A stretch of DNA of 52,264 nt from an uncultured Phycisphaeraceae bacterium (GCA_964650055.1 CAZYQL010000005.1:1-52264); one strand, 5' to 3'; positions 16,643 through 26,694 are shown, numbered from the stretch's first letter. Made by a program: numbers and translations. The notes: generated by a model from the sequence alone, not told the origin.

Positions 16643-17995
16643 TCACACCATCAGCACCGGCTGCACACGGTTGCCTTTCATGCGACCCGCATCCAGATTC
16701 ATCTTCACCTGTCCGCCCACGATTGTCGTCAGCGCCCGGCCTTTCACCTTCCAACCATCAAACGGACAGTTGCGGCTCTTGCTCTGAAACTCTTTCACAT
16801 CAACCGTCCACGCGTGATTCGGATCGATGATCGTCACATCCGCATCAGCGCCGAAACCAAGATGCCCCTTGCTCGCATCGAGGCCCACGAGCCTGGCGGA
16901 ATTGATCGTCATCATCGCCAGCATGTGAGGCCAGTCAATCGCTTCGCTTTCGATCAGTGCCTTGGCATAAAGTGAAAGCGCACAGTCGAGACCGATGATG
17001 CCAAAGGGAGCCGCGGCAAACTCGAGTTCCTTTTCTTCCAGCGTGTGCGGCGCATGATCCGTAGCAAGCACGGTGATCGTGCCATCGCGCACACCTTCGA
17101 TGATTGCATCGACATCGCGTTTGGCACGCAACGGAGGATTCATCTTGAAATTAGTGTCGTACGTAGAACAACTCTCTTCAGTCAGCAGCAGATGATGCGG
17201 CGAAGCCTCGGCGGTGATGTAAGTCTGGCCGAAGAGATTTTTGCGAGCCTGGCGAATCAGTTCGACGCTGCCGCCGCTGCTGAGATGTTGCACGTGATAG
17301 CGCACGCCGATGTTCTGACTCATGTTCAAAAGAATGTCGCGTTGAATGATCAGCTCTTCGGCGACACGAGGCCAACCGGCGAGGCCGAGCTTCGTGGCGA
17401 GGGCGCCAGCATTCATGACGCCGCCGCCTAATTCGTGATCTTCGCAGTGCTGCATGATGACCTTGCCGGTCATCGCGATGTACTGCATCGCCTTATTCAT
17501 GACAGCCGCGCTGCCCACCGCCACGCCGTCATCGGTGAACCCGACGGCGCCCGCTTTGGACATGAGGCCGATCTCGGCGAGTTCCTTGCCCTCTCGGCCT
17601 TTGGTGATGGCGCCGACTGGATAAACATTGGCGAGATTGGCCCTGCGTGATTGATGAAAAACAAACTCAACGCGTCCATCATCATCCAAAGCCGGCCGCG
17701 TGTTGGGCATGCAGCAAACGGTGGTGAACCCGCCAAAGACAGCCGAGGCTGCGCCGGTGGCGATGGTTTCTTTTTCTTCCTGGCCCGGTTCACGAAAGTG
17801 CACGTGAATGTCCAAAAGGCCCGGCGAAACAATGCAGCCCGAAGCATCGATCACCGTCTGCTCACCCGCAGCTTGCGGTTTGGTGGAAGTGCCAATGCGC
17901 TGCACCTTGCCGTCCGCGAGCAGAACATCAGTGACCTGGTCGATGTTGTTGGCGACGTCAATGACGCGCCCGTTCTTGATTAGGATTTCAGACAT
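16643..17995 (-). CDS. pyrC: dihydroorotase (long, amidohydrolase-type)
   Basis: GLLDIHVHFREPG metal-binding motif, TTVCCMPNT, LATDHAPH. 450 aa. Confidence 0.85.
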   Translation of the reverse strand: MSEILIKNGRVIDVANNIDQVTDVLLADGKVQRIGTSTKPQAAGEQTVIDASGCIVSPGLLDIHVHFREPGQEEKETIATGAASAVFGGFTTVCCMPNTRPALDDDGRVEFVFHQSRRANLANVYPVGAITKGREGKELAEIGLMSKAGAVGFTDDGVAVGSAAVMNKAMQYIAMTGKVIMQHCEDHELGGGVMNAGALATKLGLAGWPRVAEELIIQRDILLNMSQNIGVRYHVQHLSSGGSVELIRQARKNLFGQTYITAEASPHHLLLTEESCSTYDTNFKMNPPLRAKRDVDAIIEGVRDGTITVLATDHAPHTLEEKELEFAAAPFGIIGLDCALSLYAKALIESEAIDWPHMLAMMTINSARLVGLDASKGHLGFGADADVTIIDPNHAWTVDVKEFQSKSRNCPFDGWKVKGRALTTIVGGQVKMNLDAGRMKGNRVQPVLMV

Positions 17996-18132
17996 ATCGG
18001 TAGCTTAACAATTCCAATTGGACGCGGGAGCACTGCACCGAGCGGCGAACAATGAAGGACTCGCATTTAGGGATCGTGTGGAGCCACCATCTGCACCGAT
18101 CCAGCACTGCGTGATTCGTTTTATGCAGTGAA

Positions 18133-18915
18133 TCAGCTTGACGCACTGGTATAGAACCGAAGCGCAAAGCGCCAGAAGTAGCGCGTGAAGATGAACAGCC
18201 CAATCGCCACCGCTGCTTGAAGAATCAGCCAGTGCATTTGGGCCTGTCCGAGCATGACCTGCGCGGGGATCGTGGTCATGAACGCTACTGGCACGATGAA
18301 GGTGAAGAACACCCGCACCACCACCGGAAAGGCAGCGACGGGATACCGGCCGGCATCGAGAAAAGTGCGCAGTACTTCCGTGGCGTTCCACACTTTCACA
18401 TACCAGATCGACAGGCAGCCGACGATAAACCACAAGCTGTAAAGCACGATCACGGCGAGCACCAACGGAATGAACCCGAGAATCACATCGACCGCCGGGG
18501 AGTCACGTCGCACTGCGGCGACAATCAAAATCCCCAGCCCCGAAAGCATGTCAGGTAAACCCCAGGGCGTGGCATTACGCAGTGAGAGCCAGAACTGACT
18601 GTCGATGGGTTTGAGCAAGACGAAATCGAGCGTGCCGCGATGCACGTACTCGACGATGCGTGTGAGGTTGGGTGTGAGGATGGAAGTGGTGATGCCGTTG
18701 AGGAAGATGAACAGGCCAAAGACGGTGAGCGCTTCATCCCAGGTCCAGTTGCCCAGCGATGCGCCATGGCGATAAAACAGGTCCAAGCCGAAGATCCCAC
18801 CAGCGAGGCCGCCCAGGCTGTTGATCGCAGCCAGCAGAAAGTTCATGCGGTATTCCATCTCAGCGGAGATGGAAGCCGACCAGAATCTTCGCCAGGTTGT
18901 GAGGTAGCGTTTCAT
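18133..18915 (-). CDS. ABC-2 type transporter permease (DUF990-like)
   Basis: 6-TM protein directly downstream of a paralogous permease and an ABC ATPase. N-terminus MKRYLTTWRRFW...EMEYRMNF is typical of this permease pair. Confidence 0.6.
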   Translation of the reverse strand: MKRYLTTWRRFWSASISAEMEYRMNFLLAAINSLGGLAGGIFGLDLFYRHGASLGNWTWDEALTVFGLFIFLNGITTSILTPNLTRIVEYVHRGTLDFVLLKPIDSQFWLSLRNATPWGLPDMLSGLGILIVAAVRRDSPAVDVILGFIPLVLAVIVLYSLWFIVGCLSIWYVKVWNATEVLRTFLDAGRYPVAAFPVVVRVFFTFIVPVAFMTTIPAQVMLGQAQMHWLILQAAVAIGLFIFTRYFWRFALRFYTSASS

Positions 18916-18948
18916 AAGAACAAAAGTGATACACGAAGATTGCCGCCT

Positions 18949-19737
18949 TCAAGCGCCCATCGCGGAGTAGCGTTTGAGTGCCGCCCGCCAAAGCAGACGA
19001 TTGATCACGAAGAAAATAATCGTCCACATCAACAGCAGCCCGATGACCCACACAAGATTCACAGGTCGGCCAAGCAGAATCTGTGCCGGGTAATACATGA
19101 TCAGTGGAAACGGCGTCGCGTTGGCAATGTTCTGCATGGTCGGCGAATAGACATCCAACGGCCCGAGCAGCCCCGACAAAAACAGATAGACCATGAACCA
19201 GACCTGCTCAATCGCCGACGCTCGCTCCGACCAGAACGCAAAGAGCGCAAAGGTGTATTGAATGAGAAACCGCAGGGCAAATGCAAGATAAATCGACACC
19301 GCTCCCGCAGTAATATCGAACAGAGATGGCGACCACCGCGCTTGCGGAATCAGAAGCAGCACGATGCCCAGAGCCGCAAACACAAACGGAAATCGCGTGA
19401 ACCTTTCCGCTGAGTGAGCAGCCACATGACGCCAGACTGGATCAATGGGTTGCAACAGAAACGGCGAGAGCCTGCCTTGCAGCACATCGACTTCAAACTC
19501 ATAGATCACCCACACCACCGTGAATTGCCTGACGATGAAAAGCGCTGCGAAGTACTGAGCAAACTGCGATGCATCCAGAGGCAACTTGCCGCCTTGTGCC
19601 GCCTGAATCCAGATGCCCATGAGAATGAGCGGAAAAGCAGTGGCGAGCATCCAGAGAAAAATCTCCGAGCGCACTTCCACCATCAGCGCATTGTACACGC
19701 TCAGCATAACCCGAAATCTGCGGAGAAATCGGCCCAT
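18949..19737 (-). CDS. ABC-2 type transporter permease (DUF990-like)
   Basis: Polytopic membrane protein. ATG at 19737 lies 4 nt after the ATPase stop, so the longer ORF to 19785 would overlap the ATPase. Confidence 0.6.
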   Translation of the reverse strand: MGRFLRRFRVMLSVYNALMVEVRSEIFLWMLATAFPLILMGIWIQAAQGGKLPLDASQFAQYFAALFIVRQFTVVWVIYEFEVDVLQGRLSPFLLQPIDPVWRHVAAHSAERFTRFPFVFAALGIVLLLIPQARWSPSLFDITAGAVSIYLAFALRFLIQYTFALFAFWSERASAIEQVWFMVYLFLSGLLGPLDVYSPTMQNIANATPFPLIMYYPAQILLGRPVNLVWVIGLLLMWTIIFFVINRLLWRAALKRYSAMGA

Positions 19738-19741
19738 TGAA

Positions 19742-20734
19742 TCAGGCCATCCCTTCCTTGAATAACCGACCAATGGTCTCTTCAATCGGCGGATCGGTAA
19801 TCGTCATGTCCAGCACATCAAGCTCCGCAAGCATGCGATTGATCGTCCGCGTCAGATCGCTTCGCTGCACGATGAACCTGGCTTGCCGCCCTTCGCACAT
19901 TTCAACTTCACCATACGCACAGAGCGATTCCCGATCGCAAGGCTCGCGCAGTTCCAACTTCACTTCACGATAAGGGGCAAACCTTTCGATCACGCCATCG
20001 AGACTGCCATCGTAAATCAGACTGCCCTGATGAATCATGATGACACGCTTGCACAAGGCGGTGATGTCCGCCATGTAATGACTGGTGAGCAAAATGGTGG
20101 CGTTGTACTTCTTGTTGTAGTCGCGCAGAAAATCCCGCACTGCAGCCTGAGCATTGACATCCAGCCCAAGCGTCGGCTCATCGAGAAATAGAATCCTCGG
20201 CTGATGAATCAGCGCTGCAAGCAACTCGCATTTCATCCGCTCGCCCAGCGACAGCTTGCGCACAGGCTTTTTCAGTTCATCGCCTAGCGAAAGCATCTGG
20301 CTCAGTTCCTTCAAGCGGCTCTGATACTCATCATCGCTCAGGTCATAAACCGCAGCATTGATCCGCAGCGAATCGAGCGCTGGCAGATCCCAGATCAGTT
20401 GCTGCTTCTGCCCCATCACCAGCGTGATCTGCTTGAGAAACGAAACATCACGCTTGACCGGGTTGGCCCCCGCGACGACCGCCTGTCCGCTGGTGGGATG
20501 AATGAGGCCGGTGAGCATTTTCAGTACGGTGGTCTTGCCTGCGCCATTGGCCCCGAGGAAGCCGACGATCTCGCCCGGCTCAATGGAAAAGGTGACGCTC
20601 TTGACAGCTTCAACGGTCTTGTACTTGCGATGAAAGAAATGCCGCATCGCGCCCATGAAGCCAGACTCGCGCTCGCCGACGCGGAAATGCTTGCTTAGAT
20701 CGGTGGCGGCAATGATCGACATGCTCAGCATCAT
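19742..20734 (-). CDS. ABC transporter ATP-binding protein
   Basis: Walker A GANGAGKTT, signature LSLGERMK, Walker B ILFLDEPTLGLD. Confidence 0.85.
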   Translation of the reverse strand: MMLSMSIIAATDLSKHFRVGERESGFMGAMRHFFHRKYKTVEAVKSVTFSIEPGEIVGFLGANGAGKTTVLKMLTGLIHPTSGQAVVAGANPVKRDVSFLKQITLVMGQKQQLIWDLPALDSLRINAAVYDLSDDEYQSRLKELSQMLSLGDELKKPVRKLSLGERMKCELLAALIHQPRILFLDEPTLGLDVNAQAAVRDFLRDYNKKYNATILLTSHYMADITALCKRVIMIHQGSLIYDGSLDGVIERFAPYREVKLELREPCDRESLCAYGEVEMCEGRQARFIVQRSDLTRTINRMLAELDVLDMTITDPPIEETIGRLFKEGMA

Positions 20735-20764
20735 AGTGAAGCAACGGCAAGTGTTTTGAGCGGT

Positions 20765-20780
20765 TCGCCTTGGCGAACGA
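20765..20780. repeat. dispersed motif tcgccttggcgaacga (copy 1 of 2)
   Basis: Identical 16-mer also at 49714-49729. The extended 22-mer agcgg[t/g]tcgccttggcgaacga has one mismatch. Contains inverted repeat gttcgc-cttg-gcgaac. Confidence 0.85.
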
Positions 20781-20856
20781 TCAATGAGATTAGTGATTCC
20801 AACTCGCCGGCGACTTGAGCCGAATCAGACGATATGATGTCCCACCGTTTATCGCT

Positions 20857-20938
20857 GCGGGCGTGGCGAAATTGGCAGACGCGCCAGATTTAGGTTCTGG
20901 TCCCGAAAGGGGTGTGGGTTCAAGTCCCTCCGCCCGCA
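20857..20938 (+). tRNA. tRNA-Leu (anticodon UAG)
   Basis: Acceptor gcgggcg/cgcccgc, anticodon stem ccaga/tctgg with loop ttTAGgt, long variable arm (ccc-gaaa-ggg), T-loop ttcaagt. One U-U mismatch in the T stem. No encoded CCA. Confidence 0.85.
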
Positions 20939-21038
20939 TTGCACATTGAAAGAAGATGAAGAGGCAGCAGTTCGCGCAGCTTCAAGCCGACGGCTTGCCA
21001 GCACCGCGCAGTTTCGCCCTGCTTCCAAATGCTCCTCG

Positions 21039-21112
21039 GCGCCCGTAGCTCAGTTGGATAGAGCGGCGGTTTCCTAAACCGCAGGTCGGCAGTTCGAATC
21101 TGCCCGGGCGCA
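21039..21112 (+). tRNA. tRNA-Arg (anticodon CCU)
   Basis: Acceptor gcgcccg/cgggcgc, D arm gctc-agttggata-gagc, anticodon stem gcggt/accgc with loop ttCCTaa, T arm ggcag-ttcgaat-ctgcc. Confidence 0.9.
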
Positions 21113-21378
21113 TTGCAATCGCTGTTTTTGTATCACTATCGTCCATCGACCTGCCAGATGCGTCCATGGTTGGACCCATCGCGCGCCCCGAAATGCGCCC
21201 CGCGAAGGGCCCTCCTGGGCGGGCTGGTTCCCTGGCATTGCCGCGAGCAGTGGAATGCGATGTAAAGCTCCGCCGTTTTTTCGGCACCCGGATTTGTCTA
21301 CTTTCACCATTTTTCATTTTCGCCTCTCATCGTAAGTCATTGCCAATATATCGGTTGCGCTCTGTCTACGGGTAAATA

Positions 21379-21392
21379 GGTAGACGTCTACC
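21379..21392. promoter_or_regulatory. 14-bp perfect palindrome ggtagac|gtctacc, flanked by a further gtctac copy
   Basis: Seen directly in the long non-coding stretch downstream of tRNA-Arg. gtctac (21364-21369) can also pair with gtagac (21380-21385). No function is supported. Confidence 0.3.
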
Positions 21393-21774
21393 CGGAAACC
21401 CTTATTGGCCGAAGCAGTTTCGCCTCACAGAACACCGAGATAGGCAAGTCGCGTCGGCAGTGGGCATGGCGAAGGCTTCGTTAGGTGAGGTGATATGGTG
21501 ATGCGAGGAGGAGTGGTGTGGATCGATCCAGCTCATAGTTTACCATTATTTGAACCATTGGTCAAGGTTGATTTTCTATTTAATTTTGGCGTCGCATGGC
21601 CAGCGTGTCTGCCTCGCCCCCCTGGTGCAGCCAAGCAGTTGTCTGCGCTGTCCTATCATGTTTGCAGGATCGCGTGGCGCTCCGTTGCATGCGCTGGCTC
21701 TGCCAGTGGCGAATACCATGGCTACACATTCGATCTCAGGTTCGTAGTGCAGCCCTTTGAAGGAATAATCGTCC

Positions 21775-24700
21775 ATGTTTTTGCGACTGACAGATTCCCA
21801 AACTCCGTCGGCACTACGCCATGTGCTGCTGGCGATCGTTCTCATCGTGGGCTGTGGAGGTTTGCCCTCGCGCGCCCAGGAAGTGGTTGACTATCAGCGG
21901 CAGATCAAGCCGATCTTTGCGGCCAGATGTTACGCCTGTCATGGCGCACTCAAACAAAACGCAAAGCTTCGTCTCGATACAGCGGCGCTGGCAATCCAAG
22001 GCGGCAAGCATGGCCAGGCGATCAAGCCCGGCGACCCGGTCGGTAGCGCGCTGCTGACTCGCATCATTGCAACCGATGAACTGGATCGAATGCCACCGGA
22101 AGGCGAGCCGCTTAAGCCGGCGGAAATCGCAGCGATTCGTGCATGGATCAGCCAGGGCGCCAAGGGGCCCGCTGGTGAAAAGCCTGAGCGCGATCCGCAG
22201 GATCACTGGGCGTTTAAGCCTCCGGTGCGGCCCGCGATTCCAACGGTCGCATCGGCTGCATGGTCCAAAAATCCGATTGACGCTTTCATCGCTGCGGAAC
22301 ATGCACAGCGCAAACTTACTCCTGTGCCACCGACAGACCGACGCCTCTGGCTGCGGCGTGTTTCGATCGATCTCATCGGCCTGCCTCCCACGCGCGAAGA
22401 GATGGACACCTTTGTCGCAGATCAATCCGACGATGCTTATGACAAAGTCGTAAGCAGGTTGCTGGGCAGTCCGCAGTATGGCGAGCGGTGGGGCAGGCAC
22501 TGGATGGATATCTGGCGCTACAGCGACTGGTGGGGATTAGGGGCCGAGGTTCGCAACTCGCAAAAGCACATCTGGCACTGGCGCGATTGGATCGTCGAAT
22601 CACTTAACGCGGACAAGCCGTACGACCAGATGCTGCGCGAGATGCTCGCTGCCGATGAACTCTACCCCAACGACATGGACCGCCTTCGCGCTGGAGGATT
22701 TCTTGCCCGGCAGTATTTCAAGTTCAACCGCACCACCTGGCTCGATGGGGCTGTCGAGCATACAGCCAAGGCAATGCTCGGCTTGACCTTCAACTGCGCG
22801 AAGTGCCACGATCACAAATACGACCCGATATCGCACGTTGATTACTACCAGCTTCGAGCCTTCTTCGAACCTTATCAGGTGCGTACTGATGTAGTGGATG
22901 GTGAACTCGATCCTGAGAAGAACGGCATTCCGCGCGGCTTCGATTCCAACCTGAAAGCTGAAACCTATCTGCACCTGCGCGGCGACGACCGCAACCCGGA
23001 CAAGAGCCGTGCCATCGCTGCTGCCATGCCTTCGTTTCTTTCGCGCGAAACGATGCAGATTGTGCCCGTCGATCTGCCTGTCGAAGCGCACCAGCCGGGC
23101 TTGCGTTCGTTCGTCATTGATACTCATCTGAAGCTTGCGGAACAACGCGTCACACAAGCGGAACAGGCGCTGGCTCAAGCGAAAAAGACATTGATCGAAG
23201 CGGAGCGTGTCGCGATTCTCGCTGCTCAAGCGAAGGCGAAAGCCGAACTTGAAATGCCCAAGCAGGCGGCGGCGCAAGCGACAGTCGATGCGGTGAAGAA
23301 GGAGGCAAAGACTTTGCTTCGCGATGATTTTTCTGTTGCCAAGCCAGATGTCTGGGAGATGCGCGGCGGCAACTGGGCCTACGCGAAGGGCAAGCTTTCG
23401 CAGTCGCAAAGCGGCGCGACAAGAACAGCAATTCGCTACAAGCATGCGCCGCCGACGGACTTCGAGGCGAAGCTCAAGTACATACCCACTGGCGGCGACA
23501 TGTGGAAGTCCATCGGCATCGCGTTCGACGTCACCGAACAAGGTCACATGGTGACTGCCTACCTCAGCGCTTATGCCGGTGGCCCCAAGTCGCAGATCAC
23601 CTACAAGAACAATGGCGCAGATGTCTATCCGCCCGAGGCTGCGCAGGGGCGCAAGGTCGATCTCAATAAGTCTTACGAGATCACGCTGCGGGTCCGTGGC
23701 ACACTCATGAATGTGCTCATTGATGGTGAACAATCACTCGCCTACCGACTGCCGATTGAACGAAAGAACGGGCATCTGGAAATCAGCACCTTCGATGCGA
23801 TGGCCCAACTGGTCGCCTTTGAGCTGAACGAACTTTCTGAAGATGTGGTGCTTTCCGATGCAGCTTCGCCGACTGCGAAAGCCAAGGATGGCCCGCTTTC
23901 TGTAGAGGAAGCGAAGCTGATGGTCGCACTGGCCCAGAAAGCGCTGGCGGTGGCAACGCTGCAATCACCGTCTATCAAGGCGCGGGCAGCAGCGCAGCGA
24001 GCACAATATCAGCAGCCTGTGCTGGAGAATCTCGCCGCACTTGTTGCCGAGGCTGTGCGAAGTGAGCGCATGGCAGCGGCAGCGCAAGCAGAGGAAAATG
24101 CAGCGCGAGCTGAATTGGAATTAGCGAAAGCTGTCCCGGCCAAGCGAGCTGATGCACAGAAAAAGTTCGACGCATCCAAGGTAGCGCTGGAGAAATCACA
24201 ACAGGCGATCGCCGCGCCGGGTGGCACCTTTACGCCACTTGTCGGTTCGCTGAAAATGTTTGAATCGAATCTGGAAAGCGAAGCCTCTCGCCGGGCACCA
24301 TTTCCCACGACCAGCACAGGTCGGCGCACAGCTCTTGCCGCCTGGATCACTGATGTGAAGAATCCACTAACGGCGCGCGTAGCCGTCAATCACATCTGGT
24401 CCCGCCACATGGGGCAGCCGCTGGTCGCCACTGTTTTTGACTTTGGTCGCAAAGGTGCTTTGCCGACGCATCCGCAGCTTCTGGACTGGCTGGCTGTGGA
24501 ACTCATCGAGCAAGGCTGGAGCATGAAGCACCTTCATCGCCTGATTGTCACATCGCAGACCTATCGTCTTTCTTCATCGAATCTCGATGCAGCCCCAGCA
24601 ACGCGTCAAGCCGATCCTGACAACCATTATTACTGGCGCGCCAACCCCGTCCGCATGGAGGCACAGGTGGTGCGCGACAGTCTGCTGCTTCTGGCGGGAG

Positions 24701-25161
24701 AACTGGACCTGACGCAAGGCGGCCCTTCTATTCCCGCGAGTAGCGAAACCTCGCGCCGCCGCAGTATCTACTTTGTTCACTCTCACAACGAGCATCAGAA
24801 GTTTCTCTCCATGTTCGATGATGCCAATGTGCTGGATTGTTACCGCCGCACGCAGAGCATCGTGCCGCAGCAGGCACTGGCGCTGGCGAACAGCGCCCTT
24901 GCCACATCGATGGCACAGAAGATCGCGCAGCGCCTCACAGCTGCGAATGCTGCGCTGTCCGACAGTGATTTCAGTCGCGCCGCTTTTGTGACTGTGCTTT
25001 GCGCCGAGCCCAATGACACCGAGATGCACGCCATGATTCAAGCGATGGCCAAGCTGTCCGAATCCGCTCGCCTCAATAAACGACCAGACCCGCTCCTGCA
25101 CGCTCGAACCAGTCTCGTTCATGCCCTTTTGAATCACAATGATTTCATCACCATCCGCTGA
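21775..25161 (+). CDS. PSCyt (CxxCH) / DUF1549 / DUF1553 domain protein, secreted
   Basis: Signal-like N-terminus. IKPIFAARCYACHG heme-c-type motif. DUF1549-like blocks (RRVSIDLIGLPPT, RWGRHWMDIWRYSD), FNCAKCHDHKYDPI. C-terminal DUF1553-like blocks (RVAVNHIWSRHMG, DFG..G..PTHPQLLDWLA, RRRSIYF). A coiled-coil and beta-rich insert lies between them. Confidence 0.8.
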   Translation: MFLRLTDSQTPSALRHVLLAIVLIVGCGGLPSRAQEVVDYQRQIKPIFAARCYACHGALKQNAKLRLDTAALAIQGGKHGQAIKPGDPVGSALLTRIIATDELDRMPPEGEPLKPAEIAAIRAWISQGAKGPAGEKPERDPQDHWAFKPPVRPAIPTVASAAWSKNPIDAFIAAEHAQRKLTPVPPTDRRLWLRRVSIDLIGLPPTREEMDTFVADQSDDAYDKVVSRLLGSPQYGERWGRHWMDIWRYSDWWGLGAEVRNSQKHIWHWRDWIVESLNADKPYDQMLREMLAADELYPNDMDRLRAGGFLARQYFKFNRTTWLDGAVEHTAKAMLGLTFNCAKCHDHKYDPISHVDYYQLRAFFEPYQVRTDVVDGELDPEKNGIPRGFDSNLKAETYLHLRGDDRNPDKSRAIAAAMPSFLSRETMQIVPVDLPVEAHQPGLRSFVIDTHLKLAEQRVTQAEQALAQAKKTLIEAERVAILAAQAKAKAELEMPKQAAAQATVDAVKKEAKTLLRDDFSVAKPDVWEMRGGNWAYAKGKLSQSQSGATRTAIRYKHAPPTDFEAKLKYIPTGGDMWKSIGIAFDVTEQGHMVTAYLSAYAGGPKSQITYKNNGADVYPPEAAQGRKVDLNKSYEITLRVRGTLMNVLIDGEQSLAYRLPIERKNGHLEISTFDAMAQLVAFELNELSEDVVLSDAASPTAKAKDGPLSVEEAKLMVALAQKALAVATLQSPSIKARAAAQRAQYQQPVLENLAALVAEAVRSERMAAAAQAEENAARAELELAKAVPAKRADAQKKFDASKVALEKSQQAIAAPGGTFTPLVGSLKMFESNLESEASRRAPFPTTSTGRRTALAAWITDVKNPLTARVAVNHIWSRHMGQPLVATVFDFGRKGALPTHPQLLDWLAVELIEQGWSMKHLHRLIVTSQTYRLSSSNLDAAPATRQADPDNHYYWRANPVRMEAQVVRDSLLLLAGELDLTQGGPSIPASSETSRRRSIYFVHSHNEHQKFLSMFDDANVLDCYRRTQSIVPQQALALANSALATSMAQKIAQRLTAANAALSDSDFSRAAFVTVLCAEPNDTEMHAMIQAMAKLSESARLNKRPDPLLHARTSLVHALLNHNDFITIR

Positions 25162-25212
25162 GATCCGATACCTTCGGCTCTGCACAGCCAATGAAATATC
25201 AGAGACTCCACC

Positions 25213-26694
25213 ATGCCTCACCCGATCAACCCCAACTACCAATCCTCTCCGCGCGGTATCCACCGGCGGCAGTTTCTTTCGGATGTCGGCATGGGATTCG
25301 GCGGCCTGGCGCTGGGCGCAATGCTGGCGCAAGACGGCATCGTCCGCGCCGATGCTCCGCTGCTCTGGCAACCGCCCGATGGCCTGCCGCATTTCGCGCC
25401 CAAAGCTAAAAGTGTCATCTGGCTGTTCATGAACGGCGGCGTCTCTCAGGCCGAGTCCTTCGATCCAAAGCCGGAGCTGACCAAGTATGCCGGCAAGTCG
25501 ATCAGCGACACACCGCACAAGGATGTGCAGAATCCTGACAAGCTCAAGCTGGCGCGCGTCACCGTCATCAACGATGCCAACGGGCAGCAGCGCAACAAGC
25601 TCTATCCCCTTCAAGTGGGCTTCCGAAAGTACGGACAGTCGGGCATCGAAATGAGCGATTGGGTTCCGCACATCGGCAGCTGCGCCGATGACATGGCGGT
25701 GATCCGTTCGATGTACACCACCGATGACAATCACGGTGCGCAGACGCAATTTCACTCAGGTCGCCACATGCTCGATGGCGAGTACCCAACACTCGGCGCC
25801 TGGGTTCATTACGGGCTGGGATCGATCAACGACAATCTGCCGCAGTTCATTTCGATGGGCAACCGCGAATACTGGAATGCGAAAGATGGTCACTACCTGG
25901 GGCCAGCCCACGATGCCATTCCGATACGAGTCGATCCCAAAAACCCCTTGGATTACGGCAAATCAGCATCGGGTCTGACCGAGGATGAACAGCGGATCGG
26001 CTTCGATCTCGTAGGCAAGTTGAACAGCCTCAAAGCCACGGAGTATCCAGGTGATCCCGCGCTGACTGCCCGCATCAAGGCTTACGAACTTGCGTTCCGC
26101 ATGCAGACATCTGTGCCGCAGACGCTGAATCTCAGCGCTGAAAGTAAAGGCACGCATGAGATGTACGGCCTCGATGATCCCGCCACGCACGACTTTGGCA
26201 TGCAGATGCTCGCGGCTCGCAGGTTCGTCGAGCGCGGCGTGCGATTCATTCAGGTGCAGCATGGTGCCGGCGGTGCGGGTGCATGGGATGCGCACGGCGG
26301 ACTCAAGGAGAATCACACGAAGAACTTCAAAGCTGTGGACAAGCCCATCGCCGGCCTGCTCAAGGATCTGAAGCAGCGCGGCCTGCTGGATTCCACACTC
26401 GTCATCTTCGCCAGTGAGTTTGGTCGCACTCCAGGCACGCAAGGTTCCGACGGCCGGGATCATCACATCTACGGCTTCTCGGTCTGGATGGCTGGCGGCG
26501 GTGTTCAGGGCGGCATCGTCCACGGCGCGACGGATGAAATCGGTTTTCATGCAGTCGAGAATCGGCACTATGTCACCGACATCCACGCCACCATTTTGCA
26601 TCAACTGGGCCTGGATTCACGCAGGCTTGAAGTGCCCGGACGCAAACGCCTGGATATCGATCATGGCAAGGCGATTGCGGAGATTCTCACCTAA
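25213..26694 (+). CDS. DUF1501 domain protein (sulfatase/alkaline-phosphatase-superfamily-like) with Tat signal
   Basis: Twin-arginine [22 protein letters not shown]. Blocks [40 protein letters not shown]...GRDHH. Confidence 0.85.
   Translation: MPHPINPNYQSSPRGIHRRQFLSDVGMGFGGLALGAMLAQDGIVRADAPLLWQPPDGLPHFAPKAKSVIWLFMNGGVSQAESFDPKPELTKYAGKSISDTPHKDVQNPDKLKLARVTVINDANGQQRNKLYPLQVGFRKYGQSGIEMSDWVPHIGSCADDMAVIRSMYTTDDNHGAQTQFHSGRHMLDGEYPTLGAWVHYGLGSINDNLPQFISMGNREYWNAKDGHYLGPAHDAIPIRVDPKNPLDYGKSASGLTEDEQRIGFDLVGKLNSLKATEYPGDPALTARIKAYELAFRMQTSVPQTLNLSAESKGTHEMYGLDDPATHDFGMQMLAARRFVERGVRFIQVQHGAGGAGAWDAHGGLKENHTKNFKAVDKPIAGLLKDLKQRGLLDSTLVIFASEFGRTPGTQGSDGRDHHIYGFSVWMAGGGVQGGIVHGATDEIGFHAVENRHYVTDIHATILHQLGLDSRRLEVPGRKRLDIDHGKAIAEILT

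Noticed and set aside
20982-21317. 111-aa and 78-aa minus-strand ORFs downstream of the tRNAs
   Set aside because: They overlap the tRNA-Arg gene on the opposite strand and have Arg/Gly/Pro-rich, low-complexity translations.
21495-21890. 131-aa + ORF upstream of and overlapping the PSCyt gene start
   Set aside because: It has no motif, is out of frame with the well-supported gene whose start it overlaps, and is Trp/Cys/Arg-rich.
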